NCBI RefSeq assembly: GCF_006345805.1
Contig: NW_021834465.1
Location: forward strand, 1 to 60,845
From: Octopus sinensis
Taxonomy: Eukaryota
Length of the DNA stretch: 60,845 nucleotides
Direction: 5' to 3'
Positions 24,187 through 38,138 of this stretch are shown piece after piece; the stretch's first letter is position 1, and each line of letters begins with the position of its first letter. The position numbers and the translations under genes were made by a program. Under the pieces are notes generated by a model. That model saw nothing but the letters and a program-made list of their open reading frames with translations. It did no database searches and was not told where the DNA came from.

Positions 24187-24825
24187 GCATTTTCATTATC
24201 AACTTCTTTCAATTCTGTTTCTATTTCTTGCCGAGTGTCTTTTTGACACCTCCGGCAGAGAAACGTACTGTATACATTGGTAGGCCATCAAAATAAACAC
24301 ACCAAATTGTCCATTTACAAAGTCATGTGATTGAGAAGAGAGAAAAAAAAAATTTTAAATGAAAAATAAAAAACTAAACAAAGAAAATAAAGAAAATAAA
24401 TGTTATACCTACCAACATCCTTTTTGTGAACCACTAAAAAGCAGCCCCATGACCTGAAGCTTACACACTTTAATATACACACCTGTTTACAAACTTCAAC
24501 TCAATTTAAAAATTGTCCAAAACATCTCTCCGTCACAATCCACTCTACAAACTAACTCAACTCCGCTGAAACCCACAAACGCAAGAAAGATTTTATCTAA
24601 ACAGAGATTGTTTAGTAGACCGAGACTTCGAAGTCACTGTTAAGAATATTCTTGTTTGAGTATAATGAATATATACATATACATATGTGTGTATGTGTGT
24701 AGCAGCTAGTTAACACTCGACAAAGATTATGATTTTGGAGATAAAAGTCAGTTAAATTTTATATGACCCCCACGCCGATAATCTTCCCACGACGCTCAAA
24801 TTTTCGTAAATATACGGATGTCTTT

Positions 24826-25016
24826 TATCTTTTACTTGTTTCAATCATTAGACTGCGGCCATGCTGGGACACTGCCATAAATATTTTAGTCGAACTTATT
24901 GACCCCCAGTACTTATATTTCTTTTTTTTTTTAAAGTATGGTACATATTCTACCGGTGTCTTTTGCTGAACCACTAGTTTACGGGGACGTAAACACACCA
25001 ACACCGGTTGTCATAC
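24826..25016 (-). mobile_element. SINE family A tail half
   Basis: CTTTTACTTGTTTCAATCATTAGACTGCGGCCATGCTGG...TTACGGGGACGTAAACACACC. Confidence 0.85.
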
Positions 25017-25258
25017 CACAGAGCCACGCCTGCGCGTATGCGTAAGTAATTTAGATATATATGTGTATATAAACATGAATATATGTATATATTCACACAT
25101 ATATTTGCTGAATGAAATTTTGTGTGAATGAGCGCTTGCGCTTATATCTATTTCTCAATGTATTTTTCTATATAATTATTCACACATTTACTTGTATTAC
25201 CATTAATTAATTACTATGTGTATATGGTGTATGCGTGTTTGCTTGTGTATGGTGTGTA

Positions 25259-25342
<84 letters not shown>

Positions 25343-25343
25343 T

Positions 25344-25395
<52 letters not shown>

Positions 25396-25430
25396 TTTGT
25401 ATTTGGCTTGCAAGATTCTTTGTGTGAATT

Positions 25431-25467
<37 letters not shown>

Positions 25468-26299
25468 TATACAACGTATATATATATATATACGTATATA
25501 TATAAATATTATTTATATATTTATAAATACATATATATATATATATATACGCACACACGCGCGTGCAATCATATACATATATATACATATGTAGGTAAAA
25601 GCGCACGCTACACTCACATACATACACACACGTACACACACATACACTAACTTATGTATTAATTAGACATTGAACATATGTTTTTTAAAGCATATAATTA
25701 CGATAAATTGATATGTTTAGCAAATGATGCATTAGGATTTAAACCGTGTGTGATGGCATGCAAGACAAGAGCGTGTTTGTTAAGGTGAAATGTTGTGCAG
25801 TAAGTGCTAAGTATAGTTTAGAGATCAAAATTATTAAATTCAATTTAATGGGCGAATTAAGGAACGGTTTAGTAATGCAAGTAAAACAGATTTGAATAAA
25901 ATAAATTAAGTACTTTAATGAAATATTCTAGATTAATTAGATATATTTTATGAAAATATTTTCTATAATGGGAAGATTGTCACAAAAGTCGAATATAGAG
26001 AATGCATTGTAGGTTTATTGTAGATGTATTAAGGAAAATTATATTAGTGTAAACAGCATATCTAAAGTTTATAGAGACATGCATGAATATGTACCATCCA
26101 CGAGCGCAAATGCTCACACACATATACTGCAACACGCACACACACTCATATACGTGTGCATGATGAGAGGTTTGTGTACATACACACAAATGAACACACT
26201 CACGCACATACATATACGATCTTTGTTGTATAGATACTGAAGATGGCAAAAATTTGTAATATATATATATATACATACATACATATATTTGCATATCCA

Positions 26300-26398
<99 letters not shown>

Positions 26399-27047
26399 AT
26401 ACATATATATATGTGCGTGTCTGTACGTGTGTGTGCGCGTGTATGTATGAATACTGATTGGTATGTTTGCATCCATTTGTCTACAGTGAGAAATTTTCTC
26501 TATAACAAAACACAGTGAATGGTTTTCTTACGGGTTCGAATACCTCTTCAGTTTACTAGTAACAAATTTATATACACACACACACTCACACACATACATA
26601 TACACACATTCACTTACACACGCATATACACATATATATACATATACATATATATAAATGTATCTATGTATATGTGTGTATATGTGTGTAATATACATAT
26701 ATATATATATGTATTCACACATACATAAGTATAGTATTACATGCTAGTATGTATGTGCGTGTGAGAGTGTGTGTGTGTGTGTGTGTGTGTGTGGTGTATA
26801 GATATAAGCACTGAAGATTAGTTCAATATTTTCTTGGTGTCTTGTCCTGAATGAATCTCGAGATCATAAAATTCAGTGTAAGACATCGTAAGTAAAGTTT
26901 ATAAAGTTCCAAGTTACGTTTGGGATGCCTGAAAAATCTTTTTAATCAAACAAGGTCTTGAAACTGTACACCTGTACAGGTAATGTCGATTTGATGGAGC
27001 GAGTGAGCTTATGTCTACACAAACATTTGGTCACTATAACTAAATCA

Positions 27048-27457
27048 TCTGTGGCTGTGTGGTAAGTAGCTAGCTTACAAACCACATGGTTCTGGGTTCA
27101 GTCCCACTACGTGGCAACTTGGTCAAGTGTCTTCTACTATAGCCTCGGGCCGACCAAAGCCTTGTGAGTGGATTTTGTAGACGGAAACTGAAAGAAGCCC
27201 ATGCTATATATGTATATATAAATATGTGGGAGTGTGTGTGTGCATGTTTGTATGTCTGTGTTCGTCCCCCAACATCTCTTGACAACCGATGCTGGTGTGT
27301 TTACGTTCCCGTAAGCTAGCGGTTCGGCAAAAGTGACCGATTGAATAAGTACTAGGCTAACAAAGAATAAGTGCTGGGGGGTCGATTTGCTCGACTAAAG
27401 GCGGTGCTCCAGCATGGCCAAAGTCAAATGACTGAAACAAGTAAAAGAGTAAAAGAG
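27048..27457 (+). mobile_element. SINE family A, full length
   Basis: GTGGCTGTGTGGTAAGTAGC head through to the GTAAAAGAGTAAAAGAG tail. Confidence 0.92.
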
Positions 27458-27501
27458 AACCCTCATACGTCGTCTAACAACGGGAGATTCCTCTGTTATA
27501 A

Positions 27502-27555
<54 letters not shown>

Positions 27556-27574
27556 GTATTCTCATACCACACAC

Positions 27575-27606
<32 letters not shown>

Positions 27607-27829
27607 ACCACAACGACACAAACACATACATAGTAACTGACATACATTTTTAGACGTACGTTCACATACAAAAGGAAGTCTACGCAATGAATGGTGCGTG
27701 CTCCATCGAAGAAGCTCAGACGAGTAGCTTCGCTGTCCTCTCAATGGAACAGCTTGGAGTATCAAAGAACGAACTCTACCCTCAGGCGCGTTCGATACTT
27801 GTATACCTATTGATTTGCAGACAATAGGA

Positions 27830-28151
27830 CAATATAGCTGCTGCTGCTACTGCTGTAACTTACTACTATCTACTATACTACTACTCTTAAACTGCTGCTG
27901 CTGCTGCTTTGCGCTGCTGCTGTGCTACTACTACAACTACTACTACAATAACTACTCTACTACTGACTACTTCACAACACTACTACTATCTACTACGACT
28001 ACTACTACTAACTACTACTATACTACTACTACTACACTTACTACTACTACTACTACTATACAACTACTACTATACTACTACTATACTACGACTACTACAA
28101 CTACTACTACTACTACATATACTACTACTACTACAACTACTTCTACTACTA

Positions 28152-28189
<38 letters not shown>

Positions 28190-28210
28190 ACTGCTGCTGC
28201 TAAAACTACT
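27830..28210. repeat. (CTA)n/(CTG)n degenerate trinucleotide array
   Basis: Direct inspection. Confidence 0.92.
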
Positions 28211-28439
28211 ACCATAATATGTATGTATGTATACTACACGCAGAGGCACGAATGCATGCACACGTGCTTACTGCAATGCACATAATGCATACTCACTTCT
28301 TAATGCTACTGCACTACTACATTTGTACATATATACTACCTATCTTATCTGTCTATCTCTCTATACTCGTCTCCTGACGAACAGTAGTGGATAGGCCGAG
28401 GAAGGGCGAATGAGTGTCGCGTTGCTCTGCAATAGACCT

Positions 28440-28765
28440 ACGTGACTCAACACAACCAAAGCATTCTATATAGTGAGGTACGACGACGAGCTCGGGGCGG
28501 AACCTGGACGTCGAGAGGGCTGACTCCGCCTGTCGGGAACTCGGCCAGGGCCCATGGACAATTCCAGAGATGCCCTGGCGTGCTACCGAGAAGCTACCCG
28601 GGATAAGCTATACAGGACACGGCTCGAGCAATGACTGCCGAGATGCGGTCAGAGCGACCAAGTTGCACGCACTCGTTCAGGTCCAACACTTCCGACCTGT
28701 GGGCTTATGTCGAACAATGCTCACGTGTGGGACGAGTCGGTTATCAGCTGTCTATGTCAATAGGT
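28440..28765 (+). mobile_element. Tx1/L1-like LINE fragment (CCHC knuckle region), frameshifted
   Basis: Restoring single-base indels gives ..CYRE...RDKLYR...CPRCGQSD...LHALVQCPTLSDLWAYVEQ...VGRV; it is homologous to 37440-37772. Confidence 0.75.
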
Positions 28766-29169
28766 CACGCCTCCTTCCTTGCTATTTTATATCCTGTGGC
28801 TTCGTACTGGTGCGCTGAAAGGCTTGGGAACACCCTCTCTGTATCTCGCTCTTCAAGTACCACCTGCTGCGAGTGGCTTGTCTAGCTTTAACTACTGATT
28901 TTCAAGCATGCACGTTGACGAAGCCTCTCCAATGCAATAACCTTATTGACAAAAAAAAAAAAAAAAACTATGTGATCATTGACAGGTTTGTCTTTATCTT
29001 TCACGGGTAAATCACCTGTCCTTACCCTTCATATATTTCTGTGATATCCCTATTGATCATTTTTTTTTGCTCATCTATCCTCTTCTCTATACGATCCCTT
29101 TGATCGAACCTCCCCCTCTAATCAAAGAAAAGCTCTACCTTGAATTTTTCTATCTTGTAGCCCTGGCTA

Positions 29170-29323
29170 TCACTATCTATTATCTATCATTATCTACTCT
29201 CATCTACTATCTCTTCTATCTATCTATCTTCTCTATCATCTATCTTCTATCATCTATCTCTATATCTATATATCTATCTATCTATCTCTCTATCTATCTA
29301 TATATCTACTCTCTATCTATCTA

Positions 29324-29364
<41 letters not shown>

Positions 29365-29620
29365 CTATATATTATTATCTCTATCTATCTATCTATCTAG
29401 CTATCTATCATCTATCTATATCTATATCTATCTATCTATCTTCTATCTATCTATCTATATATCGATCTCTCATTTATCTATCTATCTATCTCTCTATCTA
29501 TTATCTATATATCTATCTCTCTATCTCCTATCTATCATCTTCTCATCTATCTATCTATCTATCATCTATCATCTATCTAGCTAATCCATCCATCTATCTA
29601 TATATATATATGTAATATTA
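29170..29620. repeat. Degenerate (TATC)n array
   Basis: Direct inspection; the irregular indels resemble long-read consensus noise. Confidence 0.9.
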
Positions 29621-30336
29621 CCTATAATATATATATATGTATATATATCCATATAATATATATATATATATATAGAATATATATATATATATATATATGT
29701 GTATATATATAATATGTATATCTATGTATATACATCCATCCTACATTATTGTAATATATATAGTACATACATATATGCGTGTGTGTATGGGCGTATGTAT
29801 TACATATATATACATATATCGTGTGTGTATGGATGTATGTATATACATAGATATACATAGATATACTTATATATATGTATATATATATATTTGTGTGTTG
29901 TGTGTGTGTGCATGTATGTATAATAGATGTGAGTGTGAGCGTGTATACGTGCGTCCGTGTCTGTTCACGAGTACATGCACGCCACTTCGAGATTCTTGTT
30001 GGATTAAACTTTTCTGAAGACAGGTAAGTCGGAATCTATGTCATCTCAAGTGTATCAGGTTATAAAAGCATGTTAGACGCTCGCTAACCGGATATATTTT
30101 GTCGGAGTGCACATCGCAGCGGAGCACCGTTCGACGCATTCTGAACAAATTATTGACGAAATGTCAGCCAAGAACGTAGAAATGGTCCAACTGTCACTCT
30201 CTAGGATATAGGCACGCCTCGCACATTCCCACATATATATACAATGTGTGTGTATCTATATGTATGTATGTATGTGTGTATGTATGTATGTATGTATGTA
30301 TGTATGTATCTGTGTGTGTATATATATATCTATATA

Positions 30337-30369
<33 letters not shown>

Positions 30370-30387
30370 GTGTAAATATGTATAAGT

Positions 30388-30430
<43 letters not shown>

Positions 30431-31360
30431 ATATTTATATATATCTATATATATATATATACATATATATATGTATATATATATGCCTGCAGATATATCT
30501 ATATCATATATGGATGTGTGTACATATATATGTGTAAATATGTATGTGTGTGTGTGTGCGTATATATATATGTATGTTGTAGTATGTATATATATATATA
30601 TAATATATATATATATATATTATATATATATATATGCTTGTAGATATATCTATATCATATATGGATGTTTGTTACATATACATATGTGTATATATATATG
30701 TAAATATGTATGTGTGTGCAAATATTATCTATTCATAGACATGTATGTATAGATACACATGCACACAGTTTCGTATATATATATGTGTGTGTGCATATAA
30801 AATTCTAAAATAAGTTCGTGTGGACCAAGAGTGGAGTTTGCATTCAGATGCATTTACTTAATCTGTATCTACATACAATCAGACAGGCAAACAGACAGAT
30901 AGACACCACACACACACACACAACACACACAAACACGCTAGCGCTCATATAATTAATTTTGCGTGCATATGTTTTTGTGTGTGATAAAGCTAATTTTGCG
31001 TTGTGGGTCCTGATACCCTCTCTAAATATGATCAAATGTCCTTCATGTTAAGTCATTATAGAACTTGCTGAAGAAATTATATTGGGGCCCCTCATAGATC
31101 GTGTCTTATGCACACCGATGACACCATGTCCTATTTATTATCCAATTCCAAAACTTCTCATTCTTTAGAAGCTATCTCCTTGTAAGGCCAGAACACCTCT
31201 AACTACCTGGCTCTGGTCTTTTGGTTTTCATCAGTGAGTCCTCTCTGCTCCAAGAATCCTCACTGTTCTTTAGCAGTCTTGAAAGCCCGATAAAGGTCAT
31301 ATGTATCCCTGAGGAAGGGATAAATAAAAAGAAAGCAGGAAAATAGAGAAGCATACAATA

Positions 31361-31822
31361 GCCGCAGGCGTTGCTGTGGGCAAGACGTTTCCTCCCCAAT
31401 CACATGGTTCAGGGTTCAGTTCCACAGTGAGGCAAGTGTCTTTTATTATAACCACGGGCCGACACAAGCCTTGTGAGTGGATTTGGTCGGCGGAAACTGG
31501 AAAAAGATGTGTGTGTGTGCATGCGCGCGCGTGTGCGCATACGTGTGTGTGCATGTGTATGTGTATGTGTGTGTGTGTGTGTGTGTTTGTGTGTTTGTGT
31601 GTGTGTGTGTGTGGCGCGCGCGTATGTGCGTGCATGTGTGTATCTTTCTGGCTGTGTTTCTCCCCGTAACTTAGTGGTTCGGCAAAACAGAACGATAGAA
31701 TAAGTGCCTGGCTTAACAAAAAAAAAAAAAAAGAACTGGTGTCAATTCATTTGACTAAAAAATTCTTCAAGACGCTACTCCCAGCACGGCTGCAGTCTAT
31801 AACTGAAACAAGGGAAATAAAA
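31361..31822 (+). mobile_element. Diverged SINE family A
   Basis: CACATGGTTCAGGGTTCAGTTCC, GCCTTGTGAGTGGATTTGG, central (TG)n and CCCGTAACTTAGTGGTTCGGC. Confidence 0.85.
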
Positions 31823-32137
31823 TATAAGAGGAATAGACAGAACCGAAATTCGAAACCGGATCGGTGCTCATCGTATTGACGAGGATTCTATCGTAGGTTC
31901 TTCTGTACATCAGTCAACGTAATACTAATGCATCTACCTGAGACAAGTGGCATTAGAGAAGATTCAGAGATAAGCTATCATAAATATAAGTCAGCGGTAA
32001 GTAAATAAATATGAAACGCAAGAAGTTTCAGACAAATGGTGTCACCTCTACCACCAACACCACACCATCACTACTACAAATGTATATAACTATATATGGA
32101 TGTACGTAATGTATGCATGTATGTATGGATGTACGTA

Positions 32138-32170
<33 letters not shown>

Positions 32171-32348
32171 TGTATGTATGTATGTATGTATGTATGTATG
32201 TATGTACGTAATGTATGCAAGTATGAAATGTATGTATACAAGAAAACAGTGAAAGAATAGAAAAGGAAAATGTTAGATGCATATCTATATCCATTAATAC
32301 GTATGTATATAAAAGTATACCTGCGCCTATGTATGTATTTACAATGCG

Positions 32349-32396
<48 letters not shown>

Positions 32397-32545
32397 CGCC
32401 CGCATGTGTGTGTGTGAGTGGGGGTGGTGTTGGTATATATAAATAGGAGAATTACACATGTCAAGTAAAAACTCCTTCAAACAAAAATTATTCCTTGTTT
32501 TTTCTTCGAAGTGTTTGGCAATTTCTTCTTCTTCTTCTTCTTCTT

Positions 32546-32576
<31 letters not shown>

Positions 32577-32759
32577 GTCATCATTGACATCGTCCTCATC
32601 ATTACCATCATCACCATCATCATTGCCACCACCATCATCATTGCCACCACCACCACCACCACCACCACCACCACCACCACAACCACCACCACCATCTTCA
32701 TGATCATCACTGCCATCATCATCAACATCACAATCATGATCATCATCGATATCATCGTA

Positions 32760-33530
32760 TAATTGATTCCAAGTCTCATCCAGAGAACTTAAGAGGCCTC
32801 AAATTAGAAGTTCAAGTCGGTATTTTTAACTAGGGTGGTTGATTAACTGACGTGTTTTTGAATTTGTACAAAGTATTGTTCTAGAGAATGTCTTTGAAAG
32901 TATAAGAAAATTAAAAGCCTATTTAAAAGTCATTTGGTGATAAAATGATAGGATGATCTTAAGATGGCAGTAAAATGTGTTTGCTATAATGTGCATTTAA
33001 AAGTAATTTTGCTAAGTCTACGGATTAAAACGTTTTTGAAATTACATAGACAGTGTTTTTCATCGTGTATGAGCAGTTCCCATGAGCACTACTTTTTGAA
33101 TTTCTTCCAATTTTTGAATTTCTTCCTTTTTCTAATTTCTTGTAACAAGTAAAAATCATTCCCTTATGCTAGCATTCCTAGGGCACGTATGACAACAAGT
33201 ATTGTTTTAGTCTTCAGTTTCCACGTTTTGCCAATCCCTATTTCAAGATCTTTACACTTGCTCAGTCTTTGGTAGGTCTTGAGAGATAAGTTTATATCGA
33301 TCGGGACAGTCATATCGATAAAGAAGCATGATTTTTGTCTGACGTCTTCAGTGTAATGTCTGGCCTATTTGCGTCTATCTTACTGTCAGTTTGAACAGTT
33401 AAGTTTCAAAGGAATGAGATATGATCATTTTCACGCTCTGGGAGTGGTTTGTGTTCCCAGCAGTTTTTATCATAGAGCAAGTCTTCAGCTAAATTTCTAT
33501 TGCATCACCAGCTACCTGTAGTAGCATTCA
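32760..33530 (-). mobile_element. R4/Dong-type LINE 3' end (RLE + 3' UTR), degraded
   Basis: The minus strand reads WEHKP...ANRPDITLK...CFFIDMTVPIDINLSLK...KDLEIG...KTKTILVVIRALG...EIQKVVLMGTAH...LSM* (stop at about 33042). The 3' UTR ends in GAT-type repeats. Confidence 0.82.
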
Positions 33531-33536
33531 ACAATG

Positions 33537-33650
33537 GATTTGCATAGCTTTCAATTATAAAGTTAGATGCTAGGCCTTCCAGGATCTTCTATAGGTATAT
33601 CACTGCATATCTTTCGCGTCTTCTTTCCAAGGAATATTTACATATATATC
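33537..33650 (-). mobile_element. Short CR1-group LINE fragment
   Basis: The minus strand reads YSLERRRERYAVIYL*KILEGLASNFIIESYANP, homologous to 18635-18931. Confidence 0.8.
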
Positions 33651-33786
33651 TTCTTATTGTGCTTTATTTCAAGATTTCTTGCCAATAGCGATAGAGCCTG
33701 TCATGGGCCTAAATCGATGGCTCCTTCAGTGGAATTTCAGCAACATCAACATGGTATTTTTGCATGTATGTATGTGTGTATGTATG

Positions 33787-34282
33787 TCTCTTCTAATCTT
33801 AATTATTATAAATCTTCCACTGAGGAGGGAGCCCGTTTCAAACAAAGATATCTTTGGGATGTAGTTAACACAGACAAATTCACATTTGGAACTTGAGAAA
33901 AGTCTTACATATTTTTACTGTTCCACTCACAGACTGCAATTGTAACGTACGAATCAGCTGGTCAGTTTCTCTTTCTGAGAATCCCAGTTTATCCAGATTG
34001 TCCTTTAAGTATTTACTAACAAAACCTAGTGCTCCAATTATTATTGGTATGAATATGAATTCATAGTTTGGATATACAAACTGGAGGTTTCGAAGCAATT
34101 GTCCATAGATATCCTCTTTTTCTTTGATTTTCACAGGTATTTATATCTGCAGGGCAGCTGACCTCTATGATGGTACATACCTTTGCCCTTCTGTCCCAAA
34201 CAGCAATATACGGCATGTTATGTTTACATTTGACAGAGATTTTGATGGGAATATTCCACCAGCATAACTTGAGGTGGTGTTT
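33787..34282 (-). mobile_element. R4-clade RLE LINE 3' end, (CATA)n-associated subfamily, copy 2
   Basis: ORFs 34061-34414 and 33880-34134 read KHHLK..WWNIPIKISVKCKHN...IIEVSCPADIN / KIKEKEDIYGQLLRNLQ...IPIIIGALG...KICKTFLKFQM. (CATA)n lies on both sides on the element sense strand. Confidence 0.9.
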
Positions 34283-34869
34283 ATGTATGTATGTATGTAT
34301 GTATGTATGTATGTATGTATGTATGTATGCATGCATGCATGCATGCATGCATGTATGTATGTATGTATGTATGTATGTATGTATGTATGTACGTATGTGT
34401 ATGTATGCCTGCATGCATGCATGTGTGCAGTATTTGTAGCCAGTACGTATGTAGATTTGTACGTTTTGTTTTATGTATGTGTTCTCATGTATACAGCTGC
34501 ATTCTAGACATGCGCATATATACTAAGATGATATACTTCAGGAAAGTTTTACAAATTTTTACAGTTCCAGTACTTCAAGGGAGGAGGTGTGGGTATCATT
34601 TCATTAGTGATCTGTTTACTAAGATCATTCTGTGAGATACTTGGTGAATTTTATCAAAAATTAATTTCCGTATTCTTACAAATTTTCGCTACTAGCTAGC
34701 ATCATGATTCCCAGAGAATCGGTAAACTAGTTACCCACACACACACATATACACATACGCACACACAGACATACACACACACATAGTTTACTGTGAGCAC
34801 GTATATATAGTTAGGTTCTTCAAGGGTTTTAGACAAATCTTAGTATTTGTCAATCTTTTTCATTCGTAG

Positions 34870-34889
34870 CTTCAATTTTTATTTTCCAC

Positions 34890-34930
<41 letters not shown>

Positions 34931-34962
34931 TTTCTTTCGTTCTTCTTTCTGTCTTGTCTTCT

Positions 34963-35037
<75 letters not shown>

Positions 35038-35040
35038 CTC
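34870..35040. repeat. (TTTC)n microsatellite
   Basis: Direct inspection. Confidence 0.95.
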
Positions 35041-35252
35041 TCTCCTCCATCTCTCTCACTCTATGTGTGCGTGTGCCAGTACATGAAATTCTATAAAGGT
35101 TTTAAACCAATATTGTTTTACACCTTCACAATCTCTTTCTCTCTCTCTCTCTCCCCACGCGTCCATACATACACACACACACACACAATCACACAAAACT
35201 TATATTAAAAACTTTATGATCTATCTATCTAGTCTATCTATACCCATCACTA

Positions 35253-35319
<67 letters not shown>

Positions 35320-35673
35320 AAATTTACCTGGCTATCTGTCTGTCTCTGTCTGTCTGTCTGTCTTTCTGTCTATCTATCTATCTATCCGTATCCATCTATC
35401 CCTACTGCTGTACTCCCTCATAGACAATCATCCAGACTCAGTCATCTGACAGGGATCTCATTAATTGATTGATATATAAGGGATTTATGATCTACTGAGC
35501 TAAGAAGTTATCTTTCCGGCATGTGTCACTTACACGTTCACCTCCCAAAACGAGGCCAACGTTAAGATGGCAAACATACCAATACGGTTTTCAGCTGATA
35601 ATGTCAGATTTGCTTTTTCTTCGTATTCCATACGAGCTTAGAAACAATAATATTGTTGTTGTTGTTGTTGTGA

Positions 35674-35707
<34 letters not shown>

Positions 35708-35947
35708 CATTATTATTATTATTATTATTATTATTGGATGACTTTCTTACGATTTATGTAATCATGTACTTACGTGTGTGTATGGATATATAACTACGTA
35801 CTGAACTGTATTTACATATCACACATACAGACAAACACAGTGTATGTATATAAGTATATATATATATATGTATATATGTATATATGTATATATATATATA
35901 TGGATATATGTATATATGTATATATATTATATGTATATATGTAGTAA

Positions 35948-35980
<33 letters not shown>

Positions 35981-37184
35981 GGTATATATATATTATGTAT
36001 ATATATTAATATATATGTATATTATGTATATATAGAGTATATATATTATATATATATACATACGTATGATGTATATATATATGTGTGTATGAGTGTATAT
36101 GTATGTATATATATATATGCATAAATACATGTATATATGTATATGTGTGTGTATATACATAAGTATTTATATTTATATTTATGCAGCATAATTATATATA
36201 AATGCACACGCATATATGCCAGTAATATGTACGTATATATACACGATTCCAATCACATACACACACGGACACACAACACACACACGCATGTGCACACATT
36301 AATATGCATAAACAGATTATGTTATAATAATTACACTGAATGTGTCGCTGCTCATTGATTGTCGTTGTCTGTTAATTCCTCAAATTAATTTTATTCTCGT
36401 CGACTCCGTAATCTCTTCACGTCACCCCCAATTTTTTTCTGCTGTCCCTACGCTTACATGATTTAGAAAATTAAATTTTATACATACATACATGTGTATC
36501 TTAATGTGTATGTCACTATATATATGTACATAGATATATATATATTATATATTATATTATATATTATATCTATATATAATATTATAATATATATGTATAT
36601 ATATATATATATATACATACATAAATACATAAATACAGTAGATAGACATGGGCCAATACGACAGTTGCAGACGTCAACCTCAAAAATAAATATATTAAAA
36701 ACGTACACAATACGTACAAATATGCAAGAAACTAATAAGAAAAAAATCAAATATGTTATATATAATGTATATGTATGTATGTATGCATGTATACATATAT
36801 ACATATATATATATATAATATATATTTTGAAGGCTTCTATGTTGAATATTTGAGGACGAAATACGAAAAAGGTGAAGATAAATACAAATATAGTTGCAAG
36901 CAAGCGCTTATGTACAGAAAATGAAGAATTAAATGTAGAGGAAATTTGATAACATTTTTACTTTATTGTTTTAACATTGATTTCCTTAATGTTTTGCCCA
37001 AGGTTCGTTTGATAAAGGAAATCTATAATCGGAGGATTCGGACCCAAACGCAATCATGTATGTTTAATTCCATATAACCTTATATTTTCCATTTCATCAT
37101 TCCTTCCCACCTACTCCTGACGATAGGGTATGATTTGAGATAATGTTATGTTATTGTTTGTAATTGCGAGAATATATATAATTT

Positions 37185-37385
37185 TACACGAGTAGATAGA
37201 CGGTGGCCTCGCGGCATTTTCCCCTATTTTAGGATTTAAGTTCAAATCCTGTCGAGGTTAACGCTTTCTTTTATCCTTTTGGGGTTGATAGAATAAAGTA
37301 GCAATCAACTACAGGGGTCGCCGTAATCGATTTGCCTCTCCAGTCATAATTGCTGGTCTTGTGTCAAAACTTTAGATCCCTATTA
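37185..37385 (+). mobile_element. Diverged SINE family B
   Basis: AAGTTCAAATCCTGTCGAGGTTAAC...TATCCTTTTGGGGTTGATAGAATAAAGTA...GGGGTCG...CTTGTGTCAAAAC. Confidence 0.7.
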
Positions 37386-37439
37386 TTACTAGTAGAATGG
37401 TAGAATCTTTTCTATGTAAGACAAAATACACAGCGGCGT

Positions 37440-37772
37440 TTCTTTATTATTCGGGGAAACTCTAGGAGTCGGAAGGAGAGGGGATCAATAAGCTGGGATT
37501 TTTTTTTCTGGAGGAGTTTCGAGCCGGGGCCTGTGAATAACTTCCAGAAATCCCTAGCCTAGCAGTGCTACCGGGGAGCTCTGCCGGCTCGAGACGAGAT
37601 CTACAGACACAGAATCGCTGTCAGACGGAATTGTTCGAGGTGTGCGTCGGGCGACGAAACCAACCTGCATATACTGGTCCAGTGTCTGTGCATTAATGAC
37701 TTGTGGAGCTTTGTCGAACAACTAATGGCGCGTGTAGGACGGATCCGCTTATCAGCCGAGTCCATAGTAAAG
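37440..37772 (+). mobile_element. Tx1/L1-like LINE fragment with intact CCHC knuckle
   Basis: Translates NFQKSLA*QCYRGALPARDEIYRHRIAVRRNCSRCASGDETNLHILVQCLCINDLWSFVEQLMARVGRIRLSAESIVKI (C at 37632), a C-x2-C-x8-H-x4-C knuckle. Confidence 0.82.
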
Positions 37773-38048
37773 ATCGGTTGTTAAGCGATGTTGGGGAGAC
37801 AAACACAGACACACAAACATATACAGACACACACACATACATACATACATACATACATACATACATACATACATCATATATATATACATACATATATATA
37901 TATACGACGGGCTTCTTTCAGTTTCCGCCTACCAAATCCTCTCACAAGTTTTTGGTCGTCCTGAGACTATAGAAGACACTTGCCCAAGGTACCACGCAAT
38001 GGAACTGAACCCGGAACCATGTGGTTCGTAAGTAAGCTACTTACCACA
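37773..38048 (-). mobile_element. SINE family A head+middle (tail lost)
   Basis: Reverse-complement of the head, ending CTACTTACCAC. It is fused to the Tx1 fragment at a shared ATCGG. Confidence 0.85.
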
Positions 38049-38138
38049 TACATACACACATACATACATACATACATACATAATACATACATACATACAT
38101 ACATACATACATACATACATACGTACGTACGCACATAC

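Noticed and set aside
29070-29620. Biological meaning in the irregular TATC pattern
   Set aside because: It looks like long-read consensus noise. This also cautions that some LINE frameshifts may be assembly errors.
29963-30230. Exon ending at CAG|GTAAGT (30024) and a downstream STVRRIL transposase-HTH-like peptide
   Set aside because: The acceptor is weak and the peptide too short to support a call; stops follow immediately.
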